Translations under genes and position numbers: made by a program | Shown here: positions 43,678 through 57,052 of the stretch, piece by piece | How positions within the stretch are numbered: the stretch's first letter is position 1 | How the letters are laid out: every line of letters begins with the position of its first letter | Notes under the pieces: generated by a model | What the model was told of the DNA's origin: nothing | The model's database searches: none | Seen by the model: the letters and a program-made list of their open reading frames with translations, nothing else | NCBI GenBank assembly: GCA_045563135.1 | Contig: JBJKUL010000001.1 | Coordinates: 741,351-805,350, forward strand | Origin: Candidatus Actinomarina sp. | GTDB lineage: Bacteria > Actinomycetota > Acidimicrobiia > Actinomarinales > Actinomarinaceae | Reading direction: 5' to 3' | DNA: 64,000 bases

Positions 43678-44480
43678 CCAAACCTCCCACTTATATATTC
43701 TTCCGTTAAACTTTCAGATGGATTTGTAAACATAGTTTTTGTATCGCTATATTCTACTAATTCACCAGTCCTTCTTCCATCATCAGTTGCCTTAGTTGTA
43801 AAAAAAGCACAGTAGTTAGATACTCTTGATGCTTGCTGCATGTTATGAGTCACTATAAGTATGGAAAAGTCTTTTACTAATATCTGCATTAAATCTTCAA
43901 TTTTTTTAGTTGCAACTGGGTCTAGTGCTGAACATGGTTCATCCATCAAAATTGTGTCTGGTTCGACTGCGATTGTTCTTGCAATGCATAATCTCTGTTG
44001 CTGCCCTCCAGAAAGATCGAGTGCATTTTTATCTAGGTCGTTTTTAACTTCATCCCAAAGAGCTGCCTGTGTAAGTGCTTTTTCAACTCTGTCATCTAAA
44101 TTGTCGGTCATATTATTAACCTTTAATCCAAAAGTTATATTTTCTCGAATTGATTTTGGAAATGGATTTGGTTTTTGAAAAACCATACCAATTCTTCTTC
44201 GTACTTGCACTGGATCTACTTCTTTATCGTATAGGTTTATGCCTTGATAATTTATTTCACCGTTTACAACAGCATTAGGAATCAGATCATTCATCCTATT
44301 AAATGATCTGATAAGGGTGCTTTTACCACAACCTGATGGGCCTATGAAGGCAGTGATGTTATTTTTAAACATATCCATAGAGACATTCTTTACTGCCGTA
44401 AAATCTCCGTAACTTACCGATACATCTCTAACTGTAAAAACATAATCTAACTCTTTTTTTGTTGTTATCTTAGTTTCCAT
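43674..44480 (-). CDS. pstB: Phosphate ABC transporter ATP-binding protein
   Basis: Walker [13 protein letters not shown] signature LSGGQQQR and Walker B ILMDEP. Confidence 0.9.
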   Translation of the reverse strand: METKITTKKELDYVFTVRDVSVSYGDFTAVKNVSMDMFKNNITAFIGPSGCGKSTLIRSFNRMNDLIPNAVVNGEINYQGINLYDKEVDPVQVRRRIGMVFQKPNPFPKSIRENITFGLKVNNMTDNLDDRVEKALTQAALWDEVKNDLDKNALDLSGGQQQRLCIARTIAVEPDTILMDEPCSALDPVATKKIEDLMQILVKDFSILIVTHNMQQASRVSNYCAFFTTKATDDGRRTGELVEYSDTKTMFTNPSESLTEEYISGRFG

Positions 44481-44497
44481 TTATTCCTCCCTGATTA

Positions 44498-45418
44498 TTA
44501 CCAATCTTTTTCAAATCTATTTCTAATAATTAAAGCCAAAGCATTCATGCTTAAAAGCAAACCAAGCAATAGTATTATTCCCGCAGATGATGTATCTTTC
44601 CATTCAGATTGTGGGTACCCTATCCAGTTATAAACTTGGATTGGTATGGCAGTAAATCCACTAAGAGGGGTGTCTGGATAATAATTAACATAAGTGAGTG
44701 CACCCATAAAAATTAATGGGGCTGTTTCACCAATCGCTCTAGATAAACCAAGGACCATTCCTGTTACCATTCCAGGAATTGCTGAGGGAACAACTTGTCT
44801 AAATATTGCTTGGAATCTTGTTGACCCCAAAGCTAATGCACCTTGTCTAATTGTGTCAGGAACCGCTTTTAAAGCTTCTCTTGAAGCAACAATGACCACA
44901 GGAAGAATTAATAAAGTTAAAGTTAATCCACCAGATAATACTGATCTTCCAAAGCCAGCAAGTCTAACAAAAACTGCTAGACCCATTAATCCATAAATTA
45001 CTGATGGGACTCCTGCTAAATTAGTTAAATTTAACTCAATAAACCTTGTTAATTTATTTCTTGGAGCAAATTCTTGCAGATATATCGCCGCACCTGCACC
45101 GAGTGGGAATGTAGCCGTAATTACTATAACCATAAGCCAGATGGTTCCAGCAAACGCTGGTCCTATGCCCGCTTTTAGTGGGTCTCTGGAATCTAAACTT
45201 GTTAAGAAGTCTTTTGGGTTATCAATTGTTACCTTATTAATTAGTCCTAATTCATAATCACTTAATAAACGAGAGTAACCTGTAGAGATAACATCATAGA
45301 TAAGTGTCATTAAAGTAACTATTGCTACTGTTATACAAAGATACAAAATAGTTAAAAAGGCTAATTCTTTTAACTCTCTCTCTTTTTTTGAACCCTTCAA
45401 TAATTGACTATTGTTCAT
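44498..45418 (-). CDS. pstA: Phosphate ABC transporter permease
   Basis: 306-aa permease with the EAA-like loop (GALALGSTRF...). Confidence 0.85.
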   Translation of the reverse strand: MNNSQLLKGSKKERELKELAFLTILYLCITVAIVTLMTLIYDVISTGYSRLLSDYELGLINKVTIDNPKDFLTSLDSRDPLKAGIGPAFAGTIWLMVIVITATFPLGAGAAIYLQEFAPRNKLTRFIELNLTNLAGVPSVIYGLMGLAVFVRLAGFGRSVLSGGLTLTLLILPVVIVASREALKAVPDTIRQGALALGSTRFQAIFRQVVPSAIPGMVTGMVLGLSRAIGETAPLIFMGALTYVNYYPDTPLSGFTAIPIQVYNWIGYPQSEWKDTSSAGIILLLGLLLSMNALALIIRNRFEKDW

Positions 45419-46328
45419 ATTCTTTCCTGTATTTTCTAGCTATGTAATCAGAAAAAATATTAAGAATAAAAGTCATAATAAATAAAGTTATTCCAAGTGC
45501 AAACAACGCATTATAGGCAGTTGTACCGTGGGGGGTATCTCCAAGTGAAACATTAACTATTGAGGATGTAATGGTGTACATAGCCTTTCGTGGATCAAGG
45601 TTAAGCTCCGGATACTGTCCTCCCGCGATTGTTACTATCATCGTTTCTCCAATTGCTCTAGAAAATCCTAAAATAAACGAAGCAATAATTCCTGACAAAG
45701 CTGCAGGGAGCATTATTTTTAGTGCTGTAATTCTCCTTGTGGATCCTAGTGCCAATGAACCCATTCTTAAAGATTTAGGTACTGCATTAAGAGCATCATC
45801 TGAAATAGAAGCAACTGTCGGAATAATCATGATACCTACAGCAATACCTGCAGATATAGCATTAAAAACTCCTGAGCCAGGTATGAAACGTTGTACAATA
45901 TTTGGAGTTATCCAATTTAATGCAAAATAACCAAAGACTACTGTTGGTACTCCTGCAAGAATCTCCATTATTGGTTTTATGATTTTACGCGTTCTTCTTG
46001 AAGCAAATTCAGATAGATATATTGCTGAAAATAAACCAAGTGGAAAAGAAATTATGCAAGCTATTAAAGCAATATATAAAGTAGAGGAAACCAAAGGTAG
46101 CACACCATATACAGGATTTTTAAAAGTTGGAGTCCATCTTGTAGCAGTAAAATATTCCTTAAAAGTTACAGCAGGGTCTCTAAAAAAGTTAATTGCTTCA
46201 GTTAGAAGAGTGAAAACTATAGCTACAGAAATTAGGATTGCTGCGAATGCGGACATTGTAATAAAAAACTTTACTATGGTCTCAACTGGTTTCGTCTTAA
46301 CTTTGGATAAATTTAAATTTTTTGTCAT
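45408..46328 (-). CDS. pstC: Phosphate ABC transporter permease
   Basis: 306-aa permease, paralogous to pstA (SLALGSTRRIT...). Confidence 0.85.
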   Translation of the reverse strand: MTKNLNLSKVKTKPVETIVKFFITMSAFAAILISVAIVFTLLTEAINFFRDPAVTFKEYFTATRWTPTFKNPVYGVLPLVSSTLYIALIACIISFPLGLFSAIYLSEFASRRTRKIIKPIMEILAGVPTVVFGYFALNWITPNIVQRFIPGSGVFNAISAGIAVGIMIIPTVASISDDALNAVPKSLRMGSLALGSTRRITALKIMLPAALSGIIASFILGFSRAIGETMIVTIAGGQYPELNLDPRKAMYTITSSIVNVSLGDTPHGTTAYNALFALGITLFIMTFILNIFSDYIARKYRKEYEQ

Positions 46329-46358
46329 TTATTACTTTCGTTAAATTTAATTTGGAAA

Positions 46359-46380
46359 AGTAAATAGAAAGTAAATAGAA
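46359..46380 (+). promoter_or_regulatory. Perfect tandem 11-bp direct repeat upstream of pstC (PHO-box-like)
   Basis: AGTAAATAGAA AGTAAATAGAA, 31-52 bp upstream of the pstC start. Confidence 0.4.
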
Positions 46381-46398
46381 ATTATATTGAAATTAAAC

Positions 46399-46436
46399 AA
46401 AGACGTATCCATGTATCTCTACACAGATACGTCTTT
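46399..46436 (-). terminator. Hairpin downstream of pstS (likely partial terminator/attenuator between pstS and pstCAB)
   Basis: Perfect 11-bp inverted repeat AAAGACGTATC / GATACGTCTTT with a 16-nt loop, followed by a T-rich run on the transcribed strand. It begins 7 nt after the pstS stop. Confidence 0.45.
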
Positions 46437-46442
46437 TGTTTT

Positions 46443-47441
46443 TCAGCTACTGAAGTTCTGCCAAGCAGATAGTGCATTGGCTTTTTGATCTTCAAGCATA
46501 GGTACGTACCCAACTGCAGGAACGATAATATCCATAGCTTCAAAATAGAAGTCAATAAATGATTTAACTACTTGATCTTCTTTTACAGACTCTGAAATAT
46601 ATACATATAACGGTCTTGCTAAAAAGTAATTTCCTTCAAAAGCAGCTTCTGGTGGCTGACAACCATTTCCAGCGTCAACTTGTACTGCGTTTAATTTATC
46701 TTTATTCTCTTCATAGTAAGCTAGTCCAAAATAACCAAGACCACCTTGAGAACCAGAAACTCCATTTACTAATACGTTATCATCTTCAGAAGCTGTGTAA
46801 TCAGATCGGCTACCTGTTTCTCCAGTTATTTCCTCATTGAAAAAGTCAAAAGTTCCTGAATCCGTACCAGGGCCATATAAATCTATTGGCACATCAGGGA
46901 ATGCGCTTCTAACTTCACTCCAGCTACTTACTGAGCTATCAGCAACCCATATTGAATTTAACTCATCAACTGTCAAGCATGTTGCCCAGTCATTTGAAGA
47001 TGGTATTACTACTGATAATGCATCTATACCAACTTGCACCTCTAAATAGTTAGTGTTGTTCTCTTCACAAAGTGCTATTTCTTTATCTTTTATTGCCCTT
47101 GATGCATTTGATATCATAGTCTCGCCAGGACAGAATTTCTTAAAACCACCACCTGTTCCAGAGACTCCAACTGAAATTTTCACGTCAGGATTTAAGATTG
47201 TAAATTCCTCAGCTACAGCTTGAGTAATTGGAAAAACTGTTGAAGAACCATCAATCAATATCTCACCAGTAAGTGTCTCTACTGCTGGCTCAGAAACTTC
47301 ATTTGTAGATTCAACAGTTGTTTGGGTAACTAACTCTTCACCATCTGTTGAATCATCAGAACTAGTTTCATTGCTATCTCCGCATGCAACTACTAATAAA
47401 GATAGAATCAAAAGTAATGAAGTAAATTTTAATTTAGTCAT
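46443..47441 (-). CDS. pstS: Phosphate-binding lipoprotein PstS
   Basis: Lipobox LLVVACG and a type-2 periplasmic-binding-protein pattern with phosphate-binding Ser/Thr-rich loops. 332 aa. Confidence 0.85.
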   Translation of the reverse strand: MTKLKFTSLLLILSLLVVACGDSNETSSDDSTDGEELVTQTTVESTNEVSEPAVETLTGEILIDGSSTVFPITQAVAEEFTILNPDVKISVGVSGTGGGFKKFCPGETMISNASRAIKDKEIALCEENNTNYLEVQVGIDALSVVIPSSNDWATCLTVDELNSIWVADSSVSSWSEVRSAFPDVPIDLYGPGTDSGTFDFFNEEITGETGSRSDYTASEDDNVLVNGVSGSQGGLGYFGLAYYEENKDKLNAVQVDAGNGCQPPEAAFEGNYFLARPLYVYISESVKEDQVVKSFIDFYFEAMDIIVPAVGYVPMLEDQKANALSAWQNFSS

Positions 47442-47491
47442 TAAATTGCCTTTCTAATTTTTTTACTTAATTAAAAATATAAAATTAGTAA

Positions 47492-47524
47492 GTAAAAATG
47501 AAGTAAACCAAAGTTAAAAGTGAT
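47492..47524 (+). promoter_or_regulatory. PHO-box-like 11-bp direct repeats upstream of pstS
   Basis: GTAAAAATGAA / GTAAACCAAAG / TTAAAAGTGAT, three units at 11-bp phase, 51-83 bp upstream of the pstS start. Confidence 0.4.
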
Positions 47525-47530
47525 TCAAAC

Positions 47531-48361
47531 TTAAACAAGTTCAGATTCTGAAAACCAATTTCCTCTATTAAAAGCGAGAATATAATTTTCATATCCTAAA
47601 AAGTCCTCTTTAAATTCATCTGGAATATTAAAACCCCACCAGTCATCTTTAAACTGACTGCGGTGAGCTTTCATAGAATTAATTTTATGCTCAACATATT
47701 TTCTTCCATCGACTTCAACATCTATATCGTCATGTTCACTGCCAATTGGGTTGAATCTGTTAAATTCTTCTTCTGAAATAATTCCAGCATCAAACATTTG
47801 CTGTCTTCTAGATTGCATTCTTGTCTTAGACCAAGCACTGTAATACAGGCGCTCTGGAATCCAGACTTCTTGATTTTCTTTAAGTGGGAACTTGTCTAAG
47901 TCACTAGCTGCAAAGAAGGCTGCGGTTCCGATTCTATGTGTCTGAATATGATCTGGATGACCGTATCCACCAAAAGGGTCATATGTGATTAGAGCATCTG
48001 GTTTATATTTTCTAATTATGTCGACCAGTTTTCCAACAGGGTCAAAATAGTTCTGTCTCCAGAAACAGTCTGGATCATCATTTTCACTAGTACCCATCAT
48101 TCCAGAATCTTTAAACCCCATCCACTCATATTCCTTGACACCAAGTGCTTCAAGGCTTGCCTCTAACTCTTTTCTTCTCATTTCAGCGAGTTTTGGAAAG
48201 AGTTCTTCTGGATTATCGTAGTTATGAATTTCACCAGCAGATCCATCGGTTGCGGTAGCTACAACTACTCTATGACCTTCAGCTGCGTATTTTGCTAAAG
48301 TAACACCTGTTGATACTGATTCATCGTCTGGATGTGCATGAAAAGCCAGTATGCTTTTCAT
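47531..48361 (-). CDS. mca: PIG-L family deacetylase, mycothiol S-conjugate amidase / MshB-like
   Basis: AHPDDES, GFKDSG, DDPDCF and YDPFGGYGHPDHI motifs, closely matching the Mca/MshB pattern. 276 aa. Confidence 0.7.
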   Translation of the reverse strand: MKSILAFHAHPDDESVSTGVTLAKYAAEGHRVVVATATDGSAGEIHNYDNPEELFPKLAEMRRKELEASLEALGVKEYEWMGFKDSGMMGTSENDDPDCFWRQNYFDPVGKLVDIIRKYKPDALITYDPFGGYGHPDHIQTHRIGTAAFFAASDLDKFPLKENQEVWIPERLYYSAWSKTRMQSRRQQMFDAGIISEEEFNRFNPIGSEHDDIDVEVDGRKYVEHKINSMKAHRSQFKDDWWGFNIPDEFKEDFLGYENYILAFNRGNWFSESELV

Positions 48362-48363
48362 TA

Positions 48364-48681
48364 TTAAGTGTCTTGTTCTGTTAAGTCTTCTACTAGTTCT
48401 TTACCACGCACAATTGCTGCTTCGTGATCTCCATCTATCTTTTCAATAATTTCACCAAGTACAGTAACTTTTTCAGGTGTAATTTGAAGTAGTCCACCTG
48501 AAACTGCATAACTGTCCTTGCCTCCAGAGTGTTCAATTGTTAAACCACCAGGCAATATTGTAGCTACAGTTGCTTCGTGGCCGCTATAGATTCCAATTTC
48601 GCCATTTGGAGTTCTGGTAACAACCATCGTAGATTCGCCACTAAAATATTCTTCCTCTGGGCTAACTACATTGACAATCAT
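48364..48681 (-). CDS. atpC: F1F0 ATP synthase epsilon subunit (short form)
   Basis: 105 aa; N-terminal beta-sandwich with only a short C-terminal helix. Confidence 0.8.
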   Translation of the reverse strand: MIVNVVSPEEEYFSGESTMVVTRTPNGEIGIYSGHEATVATILPGGLTIEHSGGKDSYAVSGGLLQITPEKVTVLGEIIEKIDGDHEAAIVRGKELVEDLTEQDT

Positions 48682-48683
48682 GA

Positions 48684-50977
<2,294 letters not shown>

Positions 50978-50979
50978 TT

Positions 50980-52500
50980 CTATTCCTCTGTTGTAGTTTC
51001 CAAAGTTGCGACAAAGGCAGTGACCGCTTCTTTTAACTCATCTCCTGGAAGCTCCCCAGTCTCTTTTATTGAATTAACCATGTCAGAGTATCTAGTTTTT
51101 ACAAATTCAAGAAGATTCTTCTCTGCTTCATAAATTCCATCTACAGGCACCTTGTCAAAATAACCTTCAGTTACTGCAAACAATGCGATAACTTGATCTT
51201 CTGTTGCAACTGGTTCATACTGAGGTTGTTTGAGCATTTCAACAACACGAATACCTCTGTCTAACTGAGATTGTGAGGCAGCATCTAAATCAGATCCAAA
51301 CTCCGCGAATGCTTCAAGTTCTCTGAACTGTGCAAGGTTAATTCTTAATGGTCCAGATACTTTTTTCATTGCTTTTGTTTGAGCTGCACCACCCACCCTA
51401 GATACTGATGTACCTGGGTTCACTGCTGGACGTACACCTGAGTAAAATAGTTCACTCTCTAGGTAGATTTGACCATCTGTGATGGATATAACATTTGTAG
51501 GAATGAATGCCGATACATCGCCTGCTTTTGTCTCAATAATTGGAAGTCCTGTCATAGAACCTCCTCCAAGTTCTTCTGAGACTTTAGCACAACGCTCTAG
51601 AAGACGTGAGTGAAGATAGAACACATCTCCTGGATAAGCTTCTCTTCCTGGAGGTCTTCTTAATAACAATGAAATTTGCCTATAAGCAATAGCTTGCTTA
51701 GATAAATCATCAAATACTATAAGTGCATGTTCACCGTTATACATCCAATGCTGCCCAATTGCAGAACCAGCATATGGTGCGTACATTTGAAGCGCTGCAG
51801 CTGCTGAAGCAGGAGCATTAACAATTACAGTTTTGTCTAAAACACCTTCACTTTCAAGACGAGCAACAACTTCTGCAACAGTTGAAGATTTTTGACCAAT
51901 AGCTACATAAATACATTTAACATCTGTATCTTTTTGATTAATAATTGTATCAATGGCTACTGCAGTTTTTCCAATACCTCTATCTCCAATAATTAACTCT
52001 CTTTGACCCCTACCAATTGGGATCATTGAGTCAATTGCTTTAATACCTGTTTGAAGTGGCTCTCCAACTGGCTGTCTTTGAACAACAGTTGGTGCTTGAA
52101 TTTCCATTAATCTTCTTTCAGTAAATTCAATAGGACCTTTACCGTCTATCGGATTACCTAGAGTGTCTATTACTCTTCCTAAAAATCCATCTCCTACTCC
52201 TATTGAAAGTACGTCTCCAGTTTGTTTTACTGGCATTCCTTCTTGAATATGGTCTGAGTCTCCCATTAAAACAACACCAATAGAATCTTCATCTAAGTTA
52301 AGAGCGACACCTAAAAGTCCTCCTGGAAACTCAAGAAGTTCAGAAGACATAGCATTTTCTAATCCTTTAACTCTTGCTACACCATCAGCAATAGAAGCAA
52401 CATAACCAACAAGGTCATCTTTAACTTCCTCTGACCAGTTCCCTAGAGTCTCTTTTAGGGAATCTGAAATTTGTTTTGGATCTATATTTAAATCACTCAC
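50980..52500 (-). CDS. atpA: ATP synthase alpha subunit
   Basis: P-loop GDRGIGKT; 506 aa. Confidence 0.95.
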   Translation of the reverse strand: MSDLNIDPKQISDSLKETLGNWSEEVKDDLVGYVASIADGVARVKGLENAMSSELLEFPGGLLGVALNLDEDSIGVVLMGDSDHIQEGMPVKQTGDVLSIGVGDGFLGRVIDTLGNPIDGKGPIEFTERRLMEIQAPTVVQRQPVGEPLQTGIKAIDSMIPIGRGQRELIIGDRGIGKTAVAIDTIINQKDTDVKCIYVAIGQKSSTVAEVVARLESEGVLDKTVIVNAPASAAAALQMYAPYAGSAIGQHWMYNGEHALIVFDDLSKQAIAYRQISLLLRRPPGREAYPGDVFYLHSRLLERCAKVSEELGGGSMTGLPIIETKAGDVSAFIPTNVISITDGQIYLESELFYSGVRPAVNPGTSVSRVGGAAQTKAMKKVSGPLRINLAQFRELEAFAEFGSDLDAASQSQLDRGIRVVEMLKQPQYEPVATEDQVIALFAVTEGYFDKVPVDGIYEAEKNLLEFVKTRYSDMVNSIKETGELPGDELKEAVTAFVATLETTTEE

Positions 52501-52501
52501 A

Positions 52502-53029
52502 TTACCTTCCTTCTAATACTGTTTTAATATCTGAAAATTTTGATGAAAGTAAACCATCAAAAGTTCTTTCACCTATGCTTACTTTGATTCCACCTATTAC
52601 AGAGGTATCTACTTTAAGGCTTAACTCAACATCTCTTCCTAGTTTATTTTTGAGTGCAGCTTTAAGACTTTTTTGAGTTGATTCATTTAATTCAACTGCA
52701 GAAACAACTTTTGCTAAAGCAGCACCTCTTTTTTCAGCAATATAGTTTGATACTTGTTGTTCAATCTCAGATAAGTTATCTGCAAATCCTTGTGAGATAG
52801 TAAGCGTTACTAAATCTAGAGTCATTGAAGTAACCCTTGAAGAAAAGATATTACTAATTGCTTCTATTTTCTTATCAGCCGGGATACCAAAATTTCTAAA
52901 TACATCTAACGCTTCACTGTTACCGTTTAGTGCTTGAAGAACTTGGAGGAATTCCTCTTCAATTTTTGCACTTTCATCAGATGATGAAATAATTTCAACT
53001 AACCCTTTAGAAAAAGACTCTGTTCCCAT
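52502..53029 (-). CDS. atpH: ATP synthase delta subunit (unfused)
   Basis: 175 aa, OSCP-like. Confidence 0.8.
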   Translation of the reverse strand: MGTESFSKGLVEIISSSDESAKIEEEFLQVLQALNGNSEALDVFRNFGIPADKKIEAISNIFSSRVTSMTLDLVTLTISQGFADNLSEIEQQVSNYIAEKRGAALAKVVSAVELNESTQKSLKAALKNKLGRDVELSLKVDTSVIGGIKVSIGERTFDGLLSSKFSDIKTVLEGR

Positions 53030-53575
53030 TTAGCTTGAAGTCTCCATATCTTTTATGAATTTATCAATTAAATCTTGTTGATCTTTTTCTGACATTGATG
53101 CTGCAACTTTTTGTGAAATTGCCAAAGACAAATCAGCTACCTGTGAGCTTATTTCAGAAGATAGTCTTTCTTTTTCAGCTTCAGAATCTGACTTAGCTTT
53201 TTCAACAATTGCTTCAGCATCTTGCCTTGCCTGCTCAATCATTTCTTCTTTTACTTTTTCAGCAGCAGCTTTACCTTCATCAATAATTTTTTGAACTTCT
53301 GAATTTGCATCAGCTACAAGCTTTGCATATTCAGCTTTTGTAGACTCTGCTTCAGCTTTAGTTGCTTCAGCAGCTTCTATTTGTCCTTCTATTGACTTTG
53401 CTCTCTCTTCTAGAGTGGTATTTAAAGCTGGTAGGGCCCATTTCCAAACAAAGAAAAAGACAACAGCGAATGCTGCAATACCAGCAACTAACTCTGAAGT
53501 AGCTGGTAACAGAAGATCGACTCCCGAACCTGCTTCTTCAGCTTCTGCGTAAAATACGTTTAAATTTAAAGTCAT
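53030..53575 (-). CDS. atpF: ATP synthase b subunit
   Basis: Single N-terminal TM followed by a long Ala/Glu-rich helix. 181 aa. Confidence 0.8.
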   Translation of the reverse strand: MTLNLNVFYAEAEEAGSGVDLLLPATSELVAGIAAFAVVFFFVWKWALPALNTTLEERAKSIEGQIEAAEATKAEAESTKAEYAKLVADANSEVQKIIDEGKAAAEKVKEEMIEQARQDAEAIVEKAKSDSEAEKERLSSEISSQVADLSLAISQKVAASMSEKDQQDLIDKFIKDMETSS

Positions 53576-53584
53576 TAGTAAATC

Positions 53585-54592
<1,008 letters not shown>

Positions 54593-54609
<17 letters not shown>

Positions 54610-54997
54610 TTGCCCAATCTAAATCTGTGTCTTTTCTCTTAATAACCATAGCCATTTCTAAAAATAACATGCTTAAAAAAACAATTGGCACTGTCAGTGA
54701 CATTGCCATTTCATCAATAGGATATATGTTTCTGAATAATAAGAGAAACCCAAATATGTAAATTAATCTCACTACATAACCAAATAATGCTGAAAAATAA
54801 TAAAAATTTAAGGAAATCTTTGCCGCGAAAGACATCAAAAAAGCACCCAAATAAAATCCTGAAGCAACAATTAAACCTGAGACTAATGAGGTAACCATTG
54901 ACTCTGTAGACTTAATCAAAAAGAAAAGTGGAACAATTGTATAAATTGGTATTGAACGTTTTAACATACGCGTAGCTAGAACTAGTTCAACGTTCAT
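54593..54997 (-). CDS. AtpI-like small membrane protein preceding atpB
   Basis: 134 aa, 4 TM, at the position of atpI / Rv1303-like genes in actinobacterial atp operons. Confidence 0.4.
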
Positions 54998-55200
54998 TAT
55001 TTACCTTCTATCTTTTTTGAGATCTGCCACATTCTCCTTGAACCATCATAGATTCCAATTAAAACAAATATAATTACAGGAACAGGTTCATAACCTATAA
55101 AGTACTGTATTAGTAACCCAACCAAAAGACCGCTAATTATTGAAGTTGAAAAAGAACTTACTGGTCCAAAATCTTGTAAATTGAGACTATTTTTAGCCAT
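54997..55200 (-). CDS. Small 2-TM membrane protein (AtpZ/ATPase_gene1-like)
   Basis: 67 aa, Gly-rich TM pair, between glyA and the AtpI-like gene. Confidence 0.35.
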   Translation of the reverse strand: MAKNSLNLQDFGPVSSFSTSIISGLLVGLLIQYFIGYEPVPVIIFVLIGIYDGSRRMWQISKKIEGK

Positions 55201-56455
55201 ATGGCTGATATGAAACTGCCAGATCGCTTACCTGGTCTTTAAGACTAACTAGTGCCAATTCGTCATCTCTGTTTTTTAAAATATTTGATATAAGCTGACC
55301 AACTTCGGTAAGCTGTTCTTCCTTCATGCCACAGGTTGTAACAGCTGGCGTACCCATTCTGATTCCTGATGTCACAAATGGAGACCTGGTATCAAAAGGA
55401 ATTGCATTTCTATTTAACGTAATGCCCATTTCGTTTAGGAGGATGCCTGCATCTTTCCCAGTAAGCTCAGAGTCCACACTTTGTGTGTCAACTAATACAA
55501 TATGATTTGAAGTACTTCCACTTACAACCCTTAACCCCTCTGTAGTAAAGGAATCAGCTAATGCTTTTGCATTTTTTAAAATCTGTTGAGCATATAATTT
55601 AAAATCTTCAGATAATGCCTCTTTAAAACAAACAGCCTTGGCAGCTATCTGATTATTTATGGCACCTCCTTGAGCACCTGGAAAAATATTTTTATCTACA
55701 TCTTTAGCAAATTTTTCTTTGGATAAGATCAGTCCTCCCCTGGGTCCTCTAAGGGCTTTGTGGGTAGTAGCAGTAACAACATCTGCATACTGCATTGGAT
55801 TCTCCACTACCTTTCCAGCAACCAAACCAATAAAATGTGCTGCATCGACCATGAATGTAGCGCCAATTGAATCTGCAATTTCTCTAAATGCTTTGAAGTC
55901 TAAATCTTGAGAATAAGATGAGTAACCAGCAATTAACAATTTAGGCTTATGTTCATGTGCTAATCTCTCGACCTCTAACATATCGATTAATTCTGTATCT
56001 TTGTCTAACCCATAGCCAATGAAATTGTACATACGACCAGAAAAATTAACAGGTGAACCGTGTGTTAAGTGACCGCCTTGATCAAGATTCATTCCCATAA
56101 CTGTATCCCCTGCTTCTAGCAACTGGAGATATACGGCCATATTTGCAGATGAACCCGAATGAGGCTGTACATTAGCGTGGTCAGCTTCAAACAGTTCACA
56201 GGCTCTGTCTATTGCCAATTGTTCAATTTCATCAATAGTTGCACACCCTTCGTAATACCTTCTTCCGGGAAATCCCTCAGAGTATTTGTTGGTTAAAACC
56301 GAACCCGATGCTTCCATAACTGCTTGTGAAGCGAAGTTTTCAGAGGCTATTAAATGTATGTGTGAATTTTGTCTTTCTAAATCTTCTGAAATTAAATCTG
56401 ATATTTCACTATCAACATCAGATAATTTTTTTTGTGATGCACCATTATTACTCAT
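55193..56455 (-). CDS. glyA: Serine hydroxymethyltransferase
   Basis: PLP-lysine motif [12 protein letters not shown]; 420 aa. Confidence 0.9.
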   Translation of the reverse strand: MSNNGASQKKLSDVDSEISDLISEDLERQNSHIHLIASENFASQAVMEASGSVLTNKYSEGFPGRRYYEGCATIDEIEQLAIDRACELFEADHANVQPHSGSSANMAVYLQLLEAGDTVMGMNLDQGGHLTHGSPVNFSGRMYNFIGYGLDKDTELIDMLEVERLAHEHKPKLLIAGYSSYSQDLDFKAFREIADSIGATFMVDAAHFIGLVAGKVVENPMQYADVVTATTHKALRGPRGGLILSKEKFAKDVDKNIFPGAQGGAINNQIAAKAVCFKEALSEDFKLYAQQILKNAKALADSFTTEGLRVVSGSTSNHIVLVDTQSVDSELTGKDAGILLNEMGITLNRNAIPFDTRSPFVTSGIRMGTPAVTTCGMKEEQLTEVGQLISNILKNRDDELALVSLKDQVSDLAVSYQPYG

Positions 56456-56464
56456 AACTATATC

Positions 56465-57052
56465 CTAACAGTAAGTTGGTGGCCATTTTAGTGGACCCTG
56501 CCTTAATATTTCTCCACCATCAACCCTGAGGTCCACAACAGTTGATCCCTCACCATGTGTTGCCTGTCCTTCTATGTATGCTTTTACAGATTCTCCGAAT
56601 ATTTTTTTAGCTTCAATGTGGTTTATAGCTTCTTCCATACCAGATTTATTTGCACTTGTAACTGCTAAGGGCCCCGTCTCTTTCAATAATTCTAATGCTA
56701 ATGAATTTTCTGGAACTCTGATTCCAATAGAGTTAGGATTAGTGGTACCAACTCCAGAAGGAAAAATGTTTTTAACTTCCACAACAACTGTCAAAGGGCC
56801 AGGCCAGTAAAGTTCTACTACTTCGGGTATTTCTGTATGGATATCCAGTTTGTGTAATTCTGCAAAAGAATGAACAAGAAGCGATATGGGTTTAGAATCA
56901 TCTCTTTCTTTTATTTCAAATAGGTTGTCGACAGCCTTTTGAGAAAAAGGATTTACCCCTATGCCGTATACCGTTTCTGTTGGAATTCCTACAATGGAAT
57001 CATTTTTAAGATGTTCAACTGCAATCTGTAATTTATCTTGTTGCAAAAACAT
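56465..57052 (-). CDS. tsaC: L-threonylcarbamoyladenylate synthase (TsaC/YwlC/Sua5 family)
   Basis: YrdC-fold motifs (PTETVYGIG..., SANKSG). 195 aa. Confidence 0.75.
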   Translation of the reverse strand: MFLQQDKLQIAVEHLKNDSIVGIPTETVYGIGVNPFSQKAVDNLFEIKERDDSKPISLLVHSFAELHKLDIHTEIPEVVELYWPGPLTVVVEVKNIFPSGVGTTNPNSIGIRVPENSLALELLKETGPLAVTSANKSGMEEAINHIEAKKIFGESVKAYIEGQATHGEGSTVVDLRVDGGEILRQGPLKWPPTYC

